Of a stretch of DNA of 64,000 nt, positions 28,553 to 39,281 are shown in pieces (the stretch's first letter is position 1; every line of letters starts with the position of its first letter). The position numbers and the translations under genes are program-made. The notes beneath the pieces were generated by a model. It made no database searches. It was not told where the DNA came from and was given only the letters and a program-made list of their open reading frames with translations. Source of the stretch: Bacteriovoracaceae bacterium (lineage in GTDB: Bacteria; Bdellovibrionota; Bacteriovoracia; Bacteriovoracales; Bacteriovoracaceae). The stretch is from positions 744,001 to 808,000 of the forward strand of contig OZ244226.1 in assembly GCA_965217035.1 (NCBI GenBank), written 5' to 3'.

Positions 28553-29978
28553 AGAGTCTCTTTTTCATAACATCAACAGGTGTTAGAGGGACAAGGTCCC
28601 CAAGCTCAGGCCCATGATCCTGTCCTGTTAAACAAACTCGAACTCCCATAAAGAGTTGTTTTCCTTTAATTCCGAGATCTTTTTTAAGCGTATTAAAATA
28701 TTCGGAGAAGTCATCTTTCGTTACAAACTCGCTAGCATCGGAAAGTTTCTCATTAAGAAAGTTATGAATTTGCTTAGTTGTTTCCCAACCAAGAACTTCA
28801 TCGAGCTTTTCAGTCTTCTCTATATCAGTCTTAAAAAGATTCTCATCGAGACGATTTGGAAATTCAGAGAAAAACTCAATTTGTGTTTTATAAAGTTCGA
28901 TGGCCTTATTTTTCCAATCATCATTTTGAGAAAAATAAGCGTGTGTTTCTGGAATAAATTTTTCTAGCTCAGTTTTAAGAACATCATTTGAGAGGGAACG
29001 AATATGCATTCCGTTAACCCATTTGAGTTTTACAAGATCGTAAACAGCAGCTGATTTACTGAACCGATTTGTATCAAACTTTTCAACAATATCATCATAA
29101 GTAAAAATTTCTTTTTCATCTGGATGTGACCAACCAAGTAGAACAAGATAATTAGAAAGTGATTGTGGAAGATAAGACTCTTGTCTGTATAAGTTAACTG
29201 AAGTCGCTCCATGCCGTTTTGAAAGCTTTTGCCTATCTTTCCCAATAAGAAGTGATACATGCGAAAATTCCGGAGGAGTTGCCTCTAGCGCTTCATAAAG
29301 CATGAGTTGCCTTACTGAATTGTTCACATGATCTTCTCCACGAATCACGTGAGTAATCTTCATCAACATATCATCAATGACAACGCAAAAATTATAAACC
29401 GGAAGACCATTGGACCTCATGATTACAAAATCACCGACCATTCCTTGAGGGAAAACAACTCGCCCTCGAACAGAATCTTGAAGTGTATAGGGTTTTTGAG
29501 GAGCTTTAAAACGAATCGCAGCTTTCTCACCTGCCGCTAACCTATTCGCAGCTTCTTCAAAAAACTCTTCGTTTCTCCATCTACCTGTATAATGAGGTGG
29601 GCGACCTTCTTTCTGAGCCTGTTCTCTCATCTCCTCCAATTCTTCATCAGTGCAGAAATCGTAATAAGCTAATCCTTGGTCAACGAGCTTTTGAGCATAC
29701 TCTTTGTAAATCTCCTGTCGTTCCGATTGTCGATAGGGTCCAAATTCACCGGGTTTATCAGGTCCTTCGTCATAATCAAGACCAAGCCATTTTAGGTCAG
29801 CAATCTGCGATTCCTCATACTCTCTTTTACTTCGTTCAAGGTCTGTATCTTCGATCCTAAGAACGAAGGTTCCGTTATGAGCTTTCGCATAAAGGTAATT
29901 GTAGATCGCTGTTCTTGCGCCACCGATGTGGAGGTATCCCGTAGGACTTGGAGCAAATCGAACTCGTGGAGAAGTCAT
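28539..29978 (-). CDS. gltX: Glutamate--tRNA ligase
   Basis: RFAPSPTGYLHIGG, KLSKR. Confidence 0.97.
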   Translation of the reverse strand: MTSPRVRFAPSPTGYLHIGGARTAIYNYLYAKAHNGTFVLRIEDTDLERSKREYEESQIADLKWLGLDYDEGPDKPGEFGPYRQSERQEIYKEYAQKLVDQGLAYYDFCTDEELEEMREQAQKEGRPPHYTGRWRNEEFFEEAANRLAAGEKAAIRFKAPQKPYTLQDSVRGRVVFPQGMVGDFVIMRSNGLPVYNFCVVIDDMLMKITHVIRGEDHVNNSVRQLMLYEALEATPPEFSHVSLLIGKDRQKLSKRHGATSVNLYRQESYLPQSLSNYLVLLGWSHPDEKEIFTYDDIVEKFDTNRFSKSAAVYDLVKLKWVNGMHIRSLSNDVLKTELEKFIPETHAYFSQNDDWKNKAIELYKTQIEFFSEFPNRLDENLFKTDIEKTEKLDEVLGWETTKQIHNFLNEKLSDASEFVTKDDFSEYFNTLKKDLGIKGKQLFMGVRVCLTGQDHGPELGDLVPLTPVDVMKKRLSNLF

Positions 29979-30381
29979 AGCTATTCACCGCGTTAGAGAG
30001 TTAGAGTTATGATTTATTTTTATCTCACGCCACCTAAAAGGTCTATGGAATTCATATCTTCTTCACCAATGACGACGTCCCATGAAGATGTTTTCATGAC
30101 CGAATCATTCTAACAAAACGAAAATAAAAATTTTTAACTTAATATGTTTTATCCAAAAGCTAAAAAGCTTTGCAAACAACTTTAGTACCAATAGAAAAAG
30201 TTGCTAGCTTCAGTGGAGTCTTGACTATAACAAAGTAGATCTTCTTGAATCGACAAAAGCCGACTTTACTTCATCTTTAGAATGAAGTTTTAAAAATCCT
30301 ATATCTTTTTCAAAACAACATCATGCGTCTTTTTTTTTAAAATTGTTGATAGTAGCTCAATGAATTCAAGGAGTTTACTAG

Positions 30382-31617
30382 ATGAGTCACGGGTTTTTTA
30401 TCTTAATTTTTACTATTCTATCCTCTTTTTCACATGCAGCTGTTTGGGAGACAACAGCAAGCTGGAATGATGAATACAAAGCAAACTATAGAGAATGGGT
30501 AAAAAATGAGGTTACAACCGACTACTTCAGTAATCCTGATAATAAATACTATGGTGTCCTTGTTGATTGTGCTGACGTTACTTATGCATTAAGAGCAGTT
30601 TTTGCTTTTGAAAATGGGCTTCCCTTCAAAGTAAAGAATACTCTTTATAGAAAAGGGCATCGCTATAAGTATTGGACTAACGAAATTTCTAAATATGACA
30701 AATATGAAGACTCAAAAAAGAGGTTCATCAAGTTTATAAACTATATTGGTGAATGGCTAGGAACCTATAGTTTAGTTATCAATGATTCTTATCCTCTTGA
30801 GGTATCGAAGATCAATTCTGCTGATATCTATTCCTATAAAAAAGAAACTGACTCTGGCTATACCAGACATGCCTATAATATTAAGGCGATTACTGAAGCA
30901 GGAAACTTTCAGCTCATATGGTCTAATCAACAAAGGAAACTTGAAGGAAAACCTATGAAATATGCCGAATGGTCCAAGCTCAAAGAGAGGCCATTCAAAT
31001 TCCAATGGGGATTTCGAAGATTTAATTTCCCTGATGACTATTCTTTAGAAATAGAAAAAAGAGAAGATTATGGAATTGACCAGTTCTCTTGGGCCAAAGA
31101 ACTTGATGAAAAAGCCTTTTTCAAAAAAGTGAAAAAAATTTTTAAAGTACGTGATGAAACACCTGACACAAACCTCACTCGGCAACTTAAGAACCTCTGC
31201 GAGTTTGCGAATGAAAGAGTTGAAGTCGTAAAAAGTGGAGATAAATTTAGAGGTAAAATAAAAAACAGGTGTATGGATTATACAGAGTTCGATAATTATT
31301 CCACTCCTAGCCGAGATAGCCGGTTCTTTGACATGTTTAAGGAATTAGAAGAAACAATCAATGCTTATAAATCGGCTGGTTTAAGTGGTCAGATAGAAAT
31401 AAAACTACTCAATGATGTTGAAAGTATCTTTGATGAAAAAAAACCTGATACAAAAAAATGTCCTGTCACTTATAAAAAAGGGGCTAAAAGTCTCAGCCTT
31501 AAGGCAATCTATTACGGATTAAAATCAAAGAAGTTTTCTTCTCATCCGAACGACAATATAGACAGGAGATGGGGAAAGAGCGTTGGAAAGAAGACAGATT
31601 GTAAAACTTGGTATTAG
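30382..31617 (+). CDS. Secreted hypothetical protein with a possible Cys-His hydrolase site
   Basis: Signal peptide, SD AAGGAG; VDCAD and RHAYNI. Confidence 0.7.
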   Translation: MSHGFFILIFTILSSFSHAAVWETTASWNDEYKANYREWVKNEVTTDYFSNPDNKYYGVLVDCADVTYALRAVFAFENGLPFKVKNTLYRKGHRYKYWTNEISKYDKYEDSKKRFIKFINYIGEWLGTYSLVINDSYPLEVSKINSADIYSYKKETDSGYTRHAYNIKAITEAGNFQLIWSNQQRKLEGKPMKYAEWSKLKERPFKFQWGFRRFNFPDDYSLEIEKREDYGIDQFSWAKELDEKAFFKKVKKIFKVRDETPDTNLTRQLKNLCEFANERVEVVKSGDKFRGKIKNRCMDYTEFDNYSTPSRDSRFFDMFKELEETINAYKSAGLSGQIEIKLLNDVESIFDEKKPDTKKCPVTYKKGAKSLSLKAIYYGLKSKKFSSHPNDNIDRRWGKSVGKKTDCKTWY

Positions 31618-32137
31618 CTTTTTTTTGCTTCTAACTCTGGGAACATACTATTTTATAGAGCAGAAAAAAGAGACCAAAGTAGAAATAATAGAAAGCAAGC
31701 GAGCCCTCCCTTTAAAGAAAACTATTAAATCTGAAGAAATTTCTTTAAATCAAGAAGAAAAAGATTGTGAAACTCTAAAACTCTCAACGTTAGAAAAGAT
31801 AGAAAAAAAAATTATTCCAAAAGTTTGGAGTAATTATCATTTATCTAAAAATAAGACTGAATACATTCTAAGAATCGAGAAAGATTCTAACAACCAGGAT
31901 TTAGAAGTCGATAGAGTTAAATTTTATGAACTTGATGAAGAAGGACTTCCTACTTCTTCATTAGAAGGGAATAATACTATCATAGAAAGCCAAGAGCAGC
32001 TTAATTCATTAATGGAAGACTATAAAATACTGCAACATGATGAGGTTTTTTACTTTCAAGGAACGACTGTCAGAAAAACAGATGGAAAAATTCAAATAAT
32101 TGAACAATCACACGATGCTAAACATTGTTATTTTTAG
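31583..32137 (+). CDS. Membrane-anchored hypothetical protein
   Basis: N-terminal TM segment; overlaps the upstream gene; start uncertain. Confidence 0.6.
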   Translation: MERRQIVKLGISFFLLLTLGTYYFIEQKKETKVEIIESKRALPLKKTIKSEEISLNQEEKDCETLKLSTLEKIEKKIIPKVWSNYHLSKNKTEYILRIEKDSNNQDLEVDRVKFYELDEEGLPTSSLEGNNTIIESQEQLNSLMEDYKILQHDEVFYFQGTTVRKTDGKIQIIEQSHDAKHCYF

Positions 32138-32160
32138 TTCATAAGTTTTAATCTTTAAAT

Positions 32161-32808
32161 TTATTTAGAAGTAGGTACTCGTTGATAAAGAAATTCATCA
32201 TTAGACTTAAGAATTCCATTTTTAATGAACTCAACTTCTTCTTCGAGTTTTTTCATGGAAGGTTTTCCATAAAAAGAAGCCCAGATAGTGATTTCAATTT
32301 TTTTACTATCAAGAGCTTTCATTTTAAAACTTGAAGAACGCATAATAACTCTTTTGTTAGCACAGCAACGAATATAAATCCCGATAATCTGTTCTAAAAA
32401 AAAGTTAAAATTATTTTTAAAACTGAAGCTTAAATAATCTTTATCTGATTCAATTTTAAAATATTGCTTAATCTTAGCAAATTTGAGCTCTGATCCTTTC
32501 TCTTTTCTGTAAGGAATGATGAGGCGTAAATTTGCCCCTTTTCGCTTATTATACTTAATGTATTCGGTGATTAAATCATCTCCAACATAATCAATCGTTA
32601 GATTCTTCAAATTTACTTCTAAGAACTCATAAGTAAAATCACTCCGATCCAATTCAAATTGCATGTTTAAATTCTCTTTAAGGAATTGGATAATAGCAGG
32701 CGCTTCAAGTTGTTCTGGAACTGTTACAGTGACCTTTTTTTCAATCTCTTGGATCGCGAAAATTTGTGTCGCAAAAGTAATAAGGATCAAACTAAACAGT
32801 CGTTTCAT
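32161..32808 (-). CDS. Secreted hypothetical protein
   Basis: Signal peptide MKRLFSL; ATGA overlap with the upstream gene. Confidence 0.65.
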   Translation of the reverse strand: MKRLFSLILITFATQIFAIQEIEKKVTVTVPEQLEAPAIIQFLKENLNMQFELDRSDFTYEFLEVNLKNLTIDYVGDDLITEYIKYNKRKGANLRLIIPYRKEKGSELKFAKIKQYFKIESDKDYLSFSFKNNFNFFLEQIIGIYIRCCANKRVIMRSSSFKMKALDSKKIEITIWASFYGKPSMKKLEEEVEFIKNGILKSNDEFLYQRVPTSK

Positions 32809-33239
32809 AACACGATCTCATGATCGTCTGTCTCATTGATACATTTAGTCAGATTCTCTTGTAGTTCAAGATCTTGGAATTGAATTTTTTCTTTCTTCTT
32901 ATTTTGAAGTTCAGATGTCATTTCTTTTACATTACTCATAATCTTATGAGCTCTTCTGGCGGTCCTACCTTTTTCGTGAAGCTCGATTGGCTTATAAAGG
33001 CTCACCTTTTCAACTTCCTTACCTGAAATAGTGTTCTCCCAGTAAATTTGATTATTGGTATTATAGAGAGTACAACGCCGATTCCATGTCCGATAATAAA
33101 TATCTCCCATAGAATTTAGAGAAGCGCTAAACTTTGCACTAAAGCCAGCTTGACCACTATTATCACATCGATAGGTACAAATAGTGTCAGCACAAACAGA
33201 TAATGAAGCAGTAAGAAATAAAAGTATAATAATTTTCAT
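32805..33239 (-). CDS. Secreted Cys-containing hypothetical protein
   Basis: Start refined to MKIIILL (33239), just after carD. Confidence 0.6.
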   Translation of the reverse strand: MKIIILLFLTASLSVCADTICTYRCDNSGQAGFSAKFSASLNSMGDIYYRTWNRRCTLYNTNNQIYWENTISGKEVEKVSLYKPIELHEKGRTARRAHKIMSNVKEMTSELQNKKKEKIQFQDLELQENLTKCINETDDHEIVL

Positions 33240-33243
33240 AATT

Positions 33244-33720
33244 TTATTGTACTGAAAAAATTGTCTCGATTTCATGGCTGATATTATCCATTTCACTACC
33301 TGTCGTGATTGAAATTTCACGAACAAGAAGATCCTTACAAAGCTCAACCATTTTTTTCTCACCAAAGCTTAACTTTTTAGAAAATCTAAGGATAAGAAGA
33401 GATCTCAGGACATCAGCAATCTCTAAAACGGATCCTGAGTTTACTTTCATCATATATTCGCGATGACGACGGTTCCAAGTTTCACGACTTGGATTAACAC
33501 TATGATCTTTTAATAATTCAAAAATAGCTTGGACTTCGTTCTCTGTAACGAGAGCACGAACTTCTTTACTCCCTTCCGGAACAATGACCTTCATTCCATT
33601 AGAAATGATTGCAATAGTGAGAGTCGTAAGGTTTTGCCCAGCAATTTCCTTTGATTCTCTTTTAAGAACTTGCCCAACTCCATGACCAGGGCAAACGACG
33701 TAATCGCCAATTTCATACAT
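33244..33720 (-). CDS. carD: CarD/CdnL family RNA-polymerase-binding regulator
   Basis: IGDYVVCPGHGVG, WNRRHR, LSFGEKKM; ATG 33720 with SD GGAGAGG. Confidence 0.9.
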   Translation of the reverse strand: MYEIGDYVVCPGHGVGQVLKRESKEIAGQNLTTLTIAIISNGMKVIVPEGSKEVRALVTENEVQAIFELLKDHSVNPSRETWNRRHREYMMKVNSGSVLEIADVLRSLLILRFSKKLSFGEKKMVELCKDLLVREISITTGSEMDNISHEIETIFSVQ

Positions 33721-33884
33721 AAAAATGTCCTCTCCAAATATTTTCCCAAGAGCATAATAACACGGCATGGCATAAGTTGCGGAGCTGCAAGTAATCTTTA
33801 CAACTATCTAAAAAATAGACAGAAAAAAGTACATTCTTAGCCCTATTAAGCTAATAAATCCAAATATTTACAAGGCTTTCAAAG

Positions 33885-33901
33885 TTGGCCGCAAGATTGC
33901 T
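33885..33901 (+). promoter_or_regulatory. Sigma-54 (-24/-12) promoter
   Basis: TTGGCCGCAAGATTGCT, GG-N10-GC, about 36 nt before ATG 33938. Confidence 0.65.
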
Positions 33902-33937
33902 CTATAAGTTCTTGCGTACAACAAGTGAGGAGTCACT

Positions 33938-34657
33938 ATGAACATGTCATTCTTAATAGCAATGCTAAGCAGCCTTTTGGTTCTTCCCTCTTATGGAAAC
34001 CTGCCAGCCGGCCAGTCTCAGCTCACCCCTGAACAGATGAATCTGCTCGCTCAACAAGGGGCCTTATTAGGTGCCCAACAGGGGCTTGCTACGAATCAAT
34101 CAATGCCTGGTCCCAATCTTTATACTACGGATCCAGCCACCAGTTATGTCGTTCCAGAAAACGGAGTCAATGGTAGAGCTCCAAATTTTCAGGGTCTTGA
34201 TTATCAAGCTCCTAATTCAAACTCGGTTGCTCTTTATTACCAAATTCAGAATCAAATTCTTCAGCAAGAAGTGAATCAATATAAATGGCAACAGCATCAA
34301 CAAATGATGAAGTCTGCTATCGATGGAATGAGAGGAACTTTTCAAACATACGTTAAAAGTGAAAGACAAGCGAATGACCTTTTTAGAACTAAATTTCTTG
34401 ATCTTCAAAAAGGCTTCTTCCAAAGTTTTCACCAACAACAAGCCGCAATATTTGCACCTATCATGGAACAAAAATCAAAAGATGCAGCAATGGCAGCTCA
34501 ATATCAGGCTCTTTTAGATCAAATGGAGAAGTCTGATGATCTTGCTCTTGGATCCGAGACACGAGAAGACGCTGAAGCTAAAATTAAAAATGGTGAAATG
34601 ACTCAGGAAGAACTTGAAAGAAGATTAAAAGAAAACACCGTAAAAGATAACGCTTAA
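33938..34657 (+). CDS. Secreted Gln-rich hypothetical protein
   Basis: Signal peptide, SD GAGGAG, Q/A/N-rich. Confidence 0.75.
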   Translation: MNMSFLIAMLSSLLVLPSYGNLPAGQSQLTPEQMNLLAQQGALLGAQQGLATNQSMPGPNLYTTDPATSYVVPENGVNGRAPNFQGLDYQAPNSNSVALYYQIQNQILQQEVNQYKWQQHQQMMKSAIDGMRGTFQTYVKSERQANDLFRTKFLDLQKGFFQSFHQQQAAIFAPIMEQKSKDAAMAAQYQALLDQMEKSDDLALGSETREDAEAKIKNGEMTQEELERRLKENTVKDNA

Positions 34658-34658
34658 T

Positions 34659-34686
34659 AAAAAGCCGGGATTCAATCTCGGCTTTT
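34659..34686. terminator. Bidirectional terminator
   Basis: AAAAGCCGGGA-TTCAA-TCTCGGCTTTT between convergent genes. Confidence 0.8.
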
Positions 34687-34687
34687 A

Positions 34688-35143
34688 TTATAATCCTCTA
34701 AAAAAAATTCCTCGATAAACCCATAAGGGGCCTATCAAAAGAAATTGAAGATCCTGAATAAAGGAAGGTTTTTTCCCCTCAATCTTGTGCCCTATAAATT
34801 GAAAAAGCCAAGAAACAATAAATATTGTCAGTGAAATGATAAACAAGTTCCCAATGTTTAAGTGAATCCAATTCAGAATGAAGGTCATCAGACCAACTTG
34901 AGAAATCATCACAAGAGCAATTCTCAAACCAAGTAAAATATAGAAAAGCATACAAACTGCAGCGAATACCGTGGCCCAATTGATATAAGTCGTGCTACCA
35001 AAGAGATTCGGAGTGGGTATGGCCCAAAGCATTCCTAAAATTGAAAACATAATTAAAGGAACACAAATCTTGTGAATCACAATATTTGTAGTGTTTGTAT
35101 GCGACTCTCCGTAGGCATCAAACCACTGCTTTAGGCTTCTCAC
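34688..35143 (-). CDS. DUF962/Mpo1-like membrane protein
   Basis: YGESH...N...H.ICVP; QFIGHKIEGKKPSF. Confidence 0.9.
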   Translation of the reverse strand: MRSLKQWFDAYGESHTNTTNIVIHKICVPLIMFSILGMLWAIPTPNLFGSTTYINWATVFAAVCMLFYILLGLRIALVMISQVGLMTFILNWIHLNIGNLFIISLTIFIVSWLFQFIGHKIEGKKPSFIQDLQFLLIGPLWVYRGIFFRGL

Positions 35144-35146
35144 GAA

Positions 35147-35572
35147 TTATCGAGTATAAACTTCGTTCTTATCAAAAAAGTATGAAACTTCTCTTTCAGC
35201 AGATTGAGGAGAATCAGAACCATGAACCGCATTTGCTTCGATAGAGCTTGCATAAAGCTTTCTCAAAGTTCCTTCAGCTGCTTCTTCTGGATTTGTCGCT
35301 CCCATAATTTCTCTATTTTTCTCGATAGCGTTATCGCCTTCTAGAACCATAAGAACAACAGGACCAGAAGTCATAAAGTTAACAAGTGAACCAAAGAAAG
35401 GTCTTTCTTTATGCTCAATATAGAATCCTTCAGCTTTCTCTTGAGAAAGATGAACAAGCTTTGCAGCCGCGATAGTTAGTCCTTCTTGCTCGAAACGACC
35501 GATGATATTTCCAATATTATTATCTTGAACTGCGTTTGGTTTAATAATTGATAATGTTTTTTCTTTAGCCAT
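35147..35572 (-). CDS. ndk: Nucleoside-diphosphate kinase
   Basis: [21 protein letters not shown]. Confidence 0.97.
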   Translation of the reverse strand: MAKEKTLSIIKPNAVQDNNIGNIIGRFEQEGLTIAAAKLVHLSQEKAEGFYIEHKERPFFGSLVNFMTSGPVVLMVLEGDNAIEKNREIMGATNPEEAAEGTLRKLYASSIEANAVHGSDSPQSAEREVSYFFDKNEVYTR

Positions 35573-35595
35573 TTTATTTCTCCTTAAGATTTAAA

Positions 35596-36465
35596 TTAAT
35601 TGAGGACTGAAGCAACTTTCTCTCCGAGCTCTGCAGGTGATCTTGCGATCGTTACGCCACACTCTTCAAGGATTTTAAACTTTGCTTCTGCCGTATCGTC
35701 ACCACCAGAAATAAGAGCACCTGCGTGTCCCATTCTTTTACCTGGAGGCGCCGATGCACCAGCAATAAAGCTAACAACAGGTTTTTTCATATTTTCTTGA
35801 ATCCATCGAGCAGCATTTGCTTCTGCATTACCACCGATTTCTCCGATCATAATAACCGCTTCTGTTTGATCATCTGCTTCGAAAAGCTCAAGACAATCAA
35901 TAAAGTTGGTACCATTGACAGGATCTCCGCCAATACCGACACAAGTTGATTGCCCAATTTCTCTTTGAGTTAATTGGTAAACTGCCTCGTAAGTGAGTGT
36001 TCCTGAACGTGAAACAACTCCTACATTCCCTGGCATATGAATATGCCCTGGCATAATTCCGATTTTACATTCACCCGGAGTAATGACTCCTGGGCAGTTA
36101 GGACCAATCAGCCTTGAGTTCGATTTCTCAAGCACTGACTTCACTTTGATCATATCATTAATCGGAATCCCTTCTGTAATAGCAACAATCAATTCAACCT
36201 CAGCATCAATGGCTTCAAGGATTGCATCGGCTGCAAACGGAGGTGGAACAAAAATCATCGCAACATTGGCTTCAGTTTCTTTAACAGCGTGAAAAGTTGA
36301 ATTAAAAACAGGGATTCCTTCATGAACAATTCCACCTTTATTGGGAGTGACTCCCGCCACAACATTTGTTCCGTAATCACGGGACTGAAGTGTGTGGAAA
36401 GTTCCTTGTTTTCCAGTTAAACCAACTGTTAATAATCGCGTGTCTCTATTAACTAAAATCGACAT
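35596..36465 (-). CDS. sucD: Succinyl-CoA synthetase alpha subunit
   Basis: [21 protein letters not shown]. Confidence 0.97.
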   Translation of the reverse strand: MSILVNRDTRLLTVGLTGKQGTFHTLQSRDYGTNVVAGVTPNKGGIVHEGIPVFNSTFHAVKETEANVAMIFVPPPFAADAILEAIDAEVELIVAITEGIPINDMIKVKSVLEKSNSRLIGPNCPGVITPGECKIGIMPGHIHMPGNVGVVSRSGTLTYEAVYQLTQREIGQSTCVGIGGDPVNGTNFIDCLELFEADDQTEAVIMIGEIGGNAEANAARWIQENMKKPVVSFIAGASAPPGKRMGHAGALISGGDDTAEAKFKILEECGVTIARSPAELGEKVASVLN

Positions 36466-36468
36466 AAC

Positions 36469-37635
36469 TTACGCTCCCTTCGCTGCACTTACAGCTTTTT
36501 CAGCGGCATCGGCGAGATCATTTGCCGATGTAATTTTTAATCCAGATTCATTAAGAATTTTTTTACCAAGTGAAACGTTGGTTCCTTCAAGTCTAACAAT
36601 AAGTGGAACTGTGAGATTCAGAGATTTTGCAGCTGCAACAATCCCCTCTGCAATAATGTCACATTTCATGATTCCACCAAAAATATTCACAAGAATCGCT
36701 TTAACGTTTGTGTCTTGAAGAATAAGTGAGAATGCTTTCTCAACAGTCTCTTTTGTTGCTCCTCCACCTACATCAAGAAAGTTCGCAGGTTGACCACCAA
36801 AAAGTTGGATAATATCCATTGTTCCCATTGCAAGTCCTGCCCCATTTACGAGGCATCCAATATTTCCATCAAGGGAGATATAGGAAAGACCATATTTGCC
36901 TGCTTCAAGCTCTTGTTCCGACTCTTCAGTCGGGTCACGGAGCTCTTCAACTTCAGCATGTCTATATAATGCATTCGAATCAAAGTTAAGTTTTGCATCA
37001 AGGGCGATGACATCGCCATCTTTTGTTGTTACAAGCGGATTGATCTCAGCAACTGAACAATCTTTTTGAATATAAAGATTGTAGAGACCACCAAGAAACT
37101 TAACAGCTTTCTTCATAGTATCGCCTTCAAGACCAATACCATAGGCGAGCTTTCTCCCAACAAATGGCGTAAAGCCAGTAGCAGGATCAATATTTACTTT
37201 GATAATTTTCTCAGGAGTTTCAGCTGCAACTTCTTCAATATTAACCCCACCTTCAGCAGAGGCCATCATCGTGATGCAACTTTTATCTCTATTAAGAACA
37301 ATTCCAACATAATACTCATGATCAATGTCGCAACCCTCTTCAATAAGAATCTTATTAACAAGTTTTCCTTCCGGACCTGTTTGATGAGTTACAAGAGTCA
37401 TTCCAAGGATCTCTCCGGCATACTTCTCAACTTCTTCAAGAGACTTGGCAAGCTTTACTCCTCCCCCTTTACCTCTTCCGCCGGCATGAATTTGTGCTTT
37501 CACAACCCAAACATTTCCACCTAGTTTCTTCGCAACCTCAACTGCCTCAGCCGGAGTCACTGCAGTTGCCCCATTAAGGACACTAATGTTAAACTCCCGC
37601 ATCAAATCTTTAGCCTGATATTCATGCACGTTCAT
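36469..37635 (-). CDS. sucC: Succinyl-CoA synthetase beta subunit
   Basis: [31 protein letters not shown]. Confidence 0.97.
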   Translation of the reverse strand: MNVHEYQAKDLMREFNISVLNGATAVTPAEAVEVAKKLGGNVWVVKAQIHAGGRGKGGGVKLAKSLEEVEKYAGEILGMTLVTHQTGPEGKLVNKILIEEGCDIDHEYYVGIVLNRDKSCITMMASAEGGVNIEEVAAETPEKIIKVNIDPATGFTPFVGRKLAYGIGLEGDTMKKAVKFLGGLYNLYIQKDCSVAEINPLVTTKDGDVIALDAKLNFDSNALYRHAEVEELRDPTEESEQELEAGKYGLSYISLDGNIGCLVNGAGLAMGTMDIIQLFGGQPANFLDVGGGATKETVEKAFSLILQDTNVKAILVNIFGGIMKCDIIAEGIVAAAKSLNLTVPLIVRLEGTNVSLGKKILNESGLKITSANDLADAAEKAVSAAKGA

Positions 37636-37752
37636 GAACGTTCTCCTCTTTGAATTTGTGCTTAAGATTAAGATAGAAAACCAATAAATTCAACAGGCTT
37701 TGCCATTTCCTAGTGACCTGGGCATTATAAATAAAAACTTGCGAGAAGCCTT

Positions 37753-38637
37753 ATGAAACCAGTTTATCATTCTGTTTACCCTTCCTTTATTAAACTCGAT
37801 GGTGGAGCGATGTTCGGAATTATCCCAAAACCACTGTGGCAAAAAAAGATTCCAGCTGACGAGATGAATAGAATTGAGATGAATTGTCGGATTTTTTATA
37901 TTGAAATCGATAATCGCCATATTCTCATAGACTTAGGTACTGGGGATTATCATGATGAGAAGTTCAGAGGTCGTTTTGGGCTTGATCGTGTTACTCATCC
38001 GGTAGGAGAATCATTCCAAGAGTATAAACAAATTTCACCTGATCAGATTACTGATATTGTATTGACTCACCTTCACTTCGATCATGTAGGAGGACTCGGG
38101 ACAAATGATGGACAAACTCTGCTCTACCCCAACGCAACTCTTCACCTCCATAAAAAACATTATGAATATGCGCTGAATCCAACACCAAAAGACCGTGGAT
38201 CTTTTCATCACCAGTACTTCAAACCTCTTATCGACCAACTTATAGAAAAGAAACACGTGAATTGGCTTGAAGGGGAAGAACTAGGAACGGCCCTCAAAAC
38301 GGAATCGGGCTATGAATTAAAATTTAAAATTAGCCATGGTCATACTCCTTATCAAGTTCTCCCCTTTGATGAATCTATCATTTATATGGGAGACCTTGTT
38401 CCAACATCTCATCACCTCCATCTTCCTTGGGTCATGGGCTATGACATGAAACCTGGAGTCAGCAGTCTAGAGAAAATCGCAACTTATGACTTTATTATTG
38501 AAAACAATCTCATCATGGTCTTCGATCACGATAAAGATTTTTGGGGTGGAAAGATAGAAAAACTCAAAGAAGAAAAATACCAGTTTACCAAGCTTTATAG
38601 GGCTGAATCAGAGCAATTTGAAACCCATAAGTTCTAA
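37753..38637 (+). CDS. MBL-fold metallo-hydrolase (YtnP-like)
   Basis: LDGGAMFGIIPKPLW, THLHFDHVGG, GHT. Confidence 0.88.
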   Translation: MKPVYHSVYPSFIKLDGGAMFGIIPKPLWQKKIPADEMNRIEMNCRIFYIEIDNRHILIDLGTGDYHDEKFRGRFGLDRVTHPVGESFQEYKQISPDQITDIVLTHLHFDHVGGLGTNDGQTLLYPNATLHLHKKHYEYALNPTPKDRGSFHHQYFKPLIDQLIEKKHVNWLEGEELGTALKTESGYELKFKISHGHTPYQVLPFDESIIYMGDLVPTSHHLHLPWVMGYDMKPGVSSLEKIATYDFIIENNLIMVFDHDKDFWGGKIEKLKEEKYQFTKLYRAESEQFETHKF

Positions 38638-38756
38638 AAATATGTAAAAATTACTCTGTTCTCAAATCCGGCAACACTAAGTAAGCCAGTAACTTTACAT
38701 TTAATATTTCGGCTGATATTTCCCTCGCACACTAATAACTATCGAGGAGAATCGAA

Positions 38757-39233
38757 ATGAAAACAATTGTATGCCTTTTAGCCCTTATCTCTCTATCAGC
38801 CTTCTCTCAGAACAAAGACAAAGTCTCTACAGGTCATGAGAATGTTTTAACTTCACAAGTTTTAAAAGTTGGTACTTGTACAACTGACGCTGCTGATATG
38901 CTTCACCAAGTTGCAAGAGCAGTTGCTGGTGAAACAACAATCATCTTTGCTGAGTACAAAGTAAACGTTAAGTACAAGCAAACAGTTGAGCTTTTCGATG
39001 TTCGTAAAGTAAAAAAAGACGGATCAAAGACAAAAGAAAAAATCAACGTAAAAGAAATCGAAAGAGAAGTTGTTAAGACTAAGAAGTCTTACAGATCTGT
39101 TTCGGTTAATGACCTTGATGGATATCCTAAAGATGCAGTTCTTCTTGCTGCTCAAGGTGCTGCTGCAGTTCTCGCTGCTGAAAGTGATTGCAAAGCAACT
39201 GCTGCAAAATTAAGAGGCGAAATCAGCTTATAG
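38757..39233 (+). CDS. Secreted hypothetical protein
   Basis: Signal peptide, SD GAGGAG, own terminator. Confidence 0.75.
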   Translation: MKTIVCLLALISLSAFSQNKDKVSTGHENVLTSQVLKVGTCTTDAADMLHQVARAVAGETTIIFAEYKVNVKYKQTVELFDVRKVKKDGSKTKEKINVKEIEREVVKTKKSYRSVSVNDLDGYPKDAVLLAAQGAAAVLAAESDCKATAAKLRGEISL

Positions 39234-39250
39234 TTTTTTATACTTTAAGG

Positions 39251-39278
39251 AAGGTCTGGCTATGCTGGACCTTTTTTT
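39251..39278 (+). terminator. Rho-independent terminator
   Basis: AAGGTCTGGC-TAT-GCTGGACCTT followed by a T-tract. Confidence 0.75.
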
Positions 39279-39281
39279 ATT

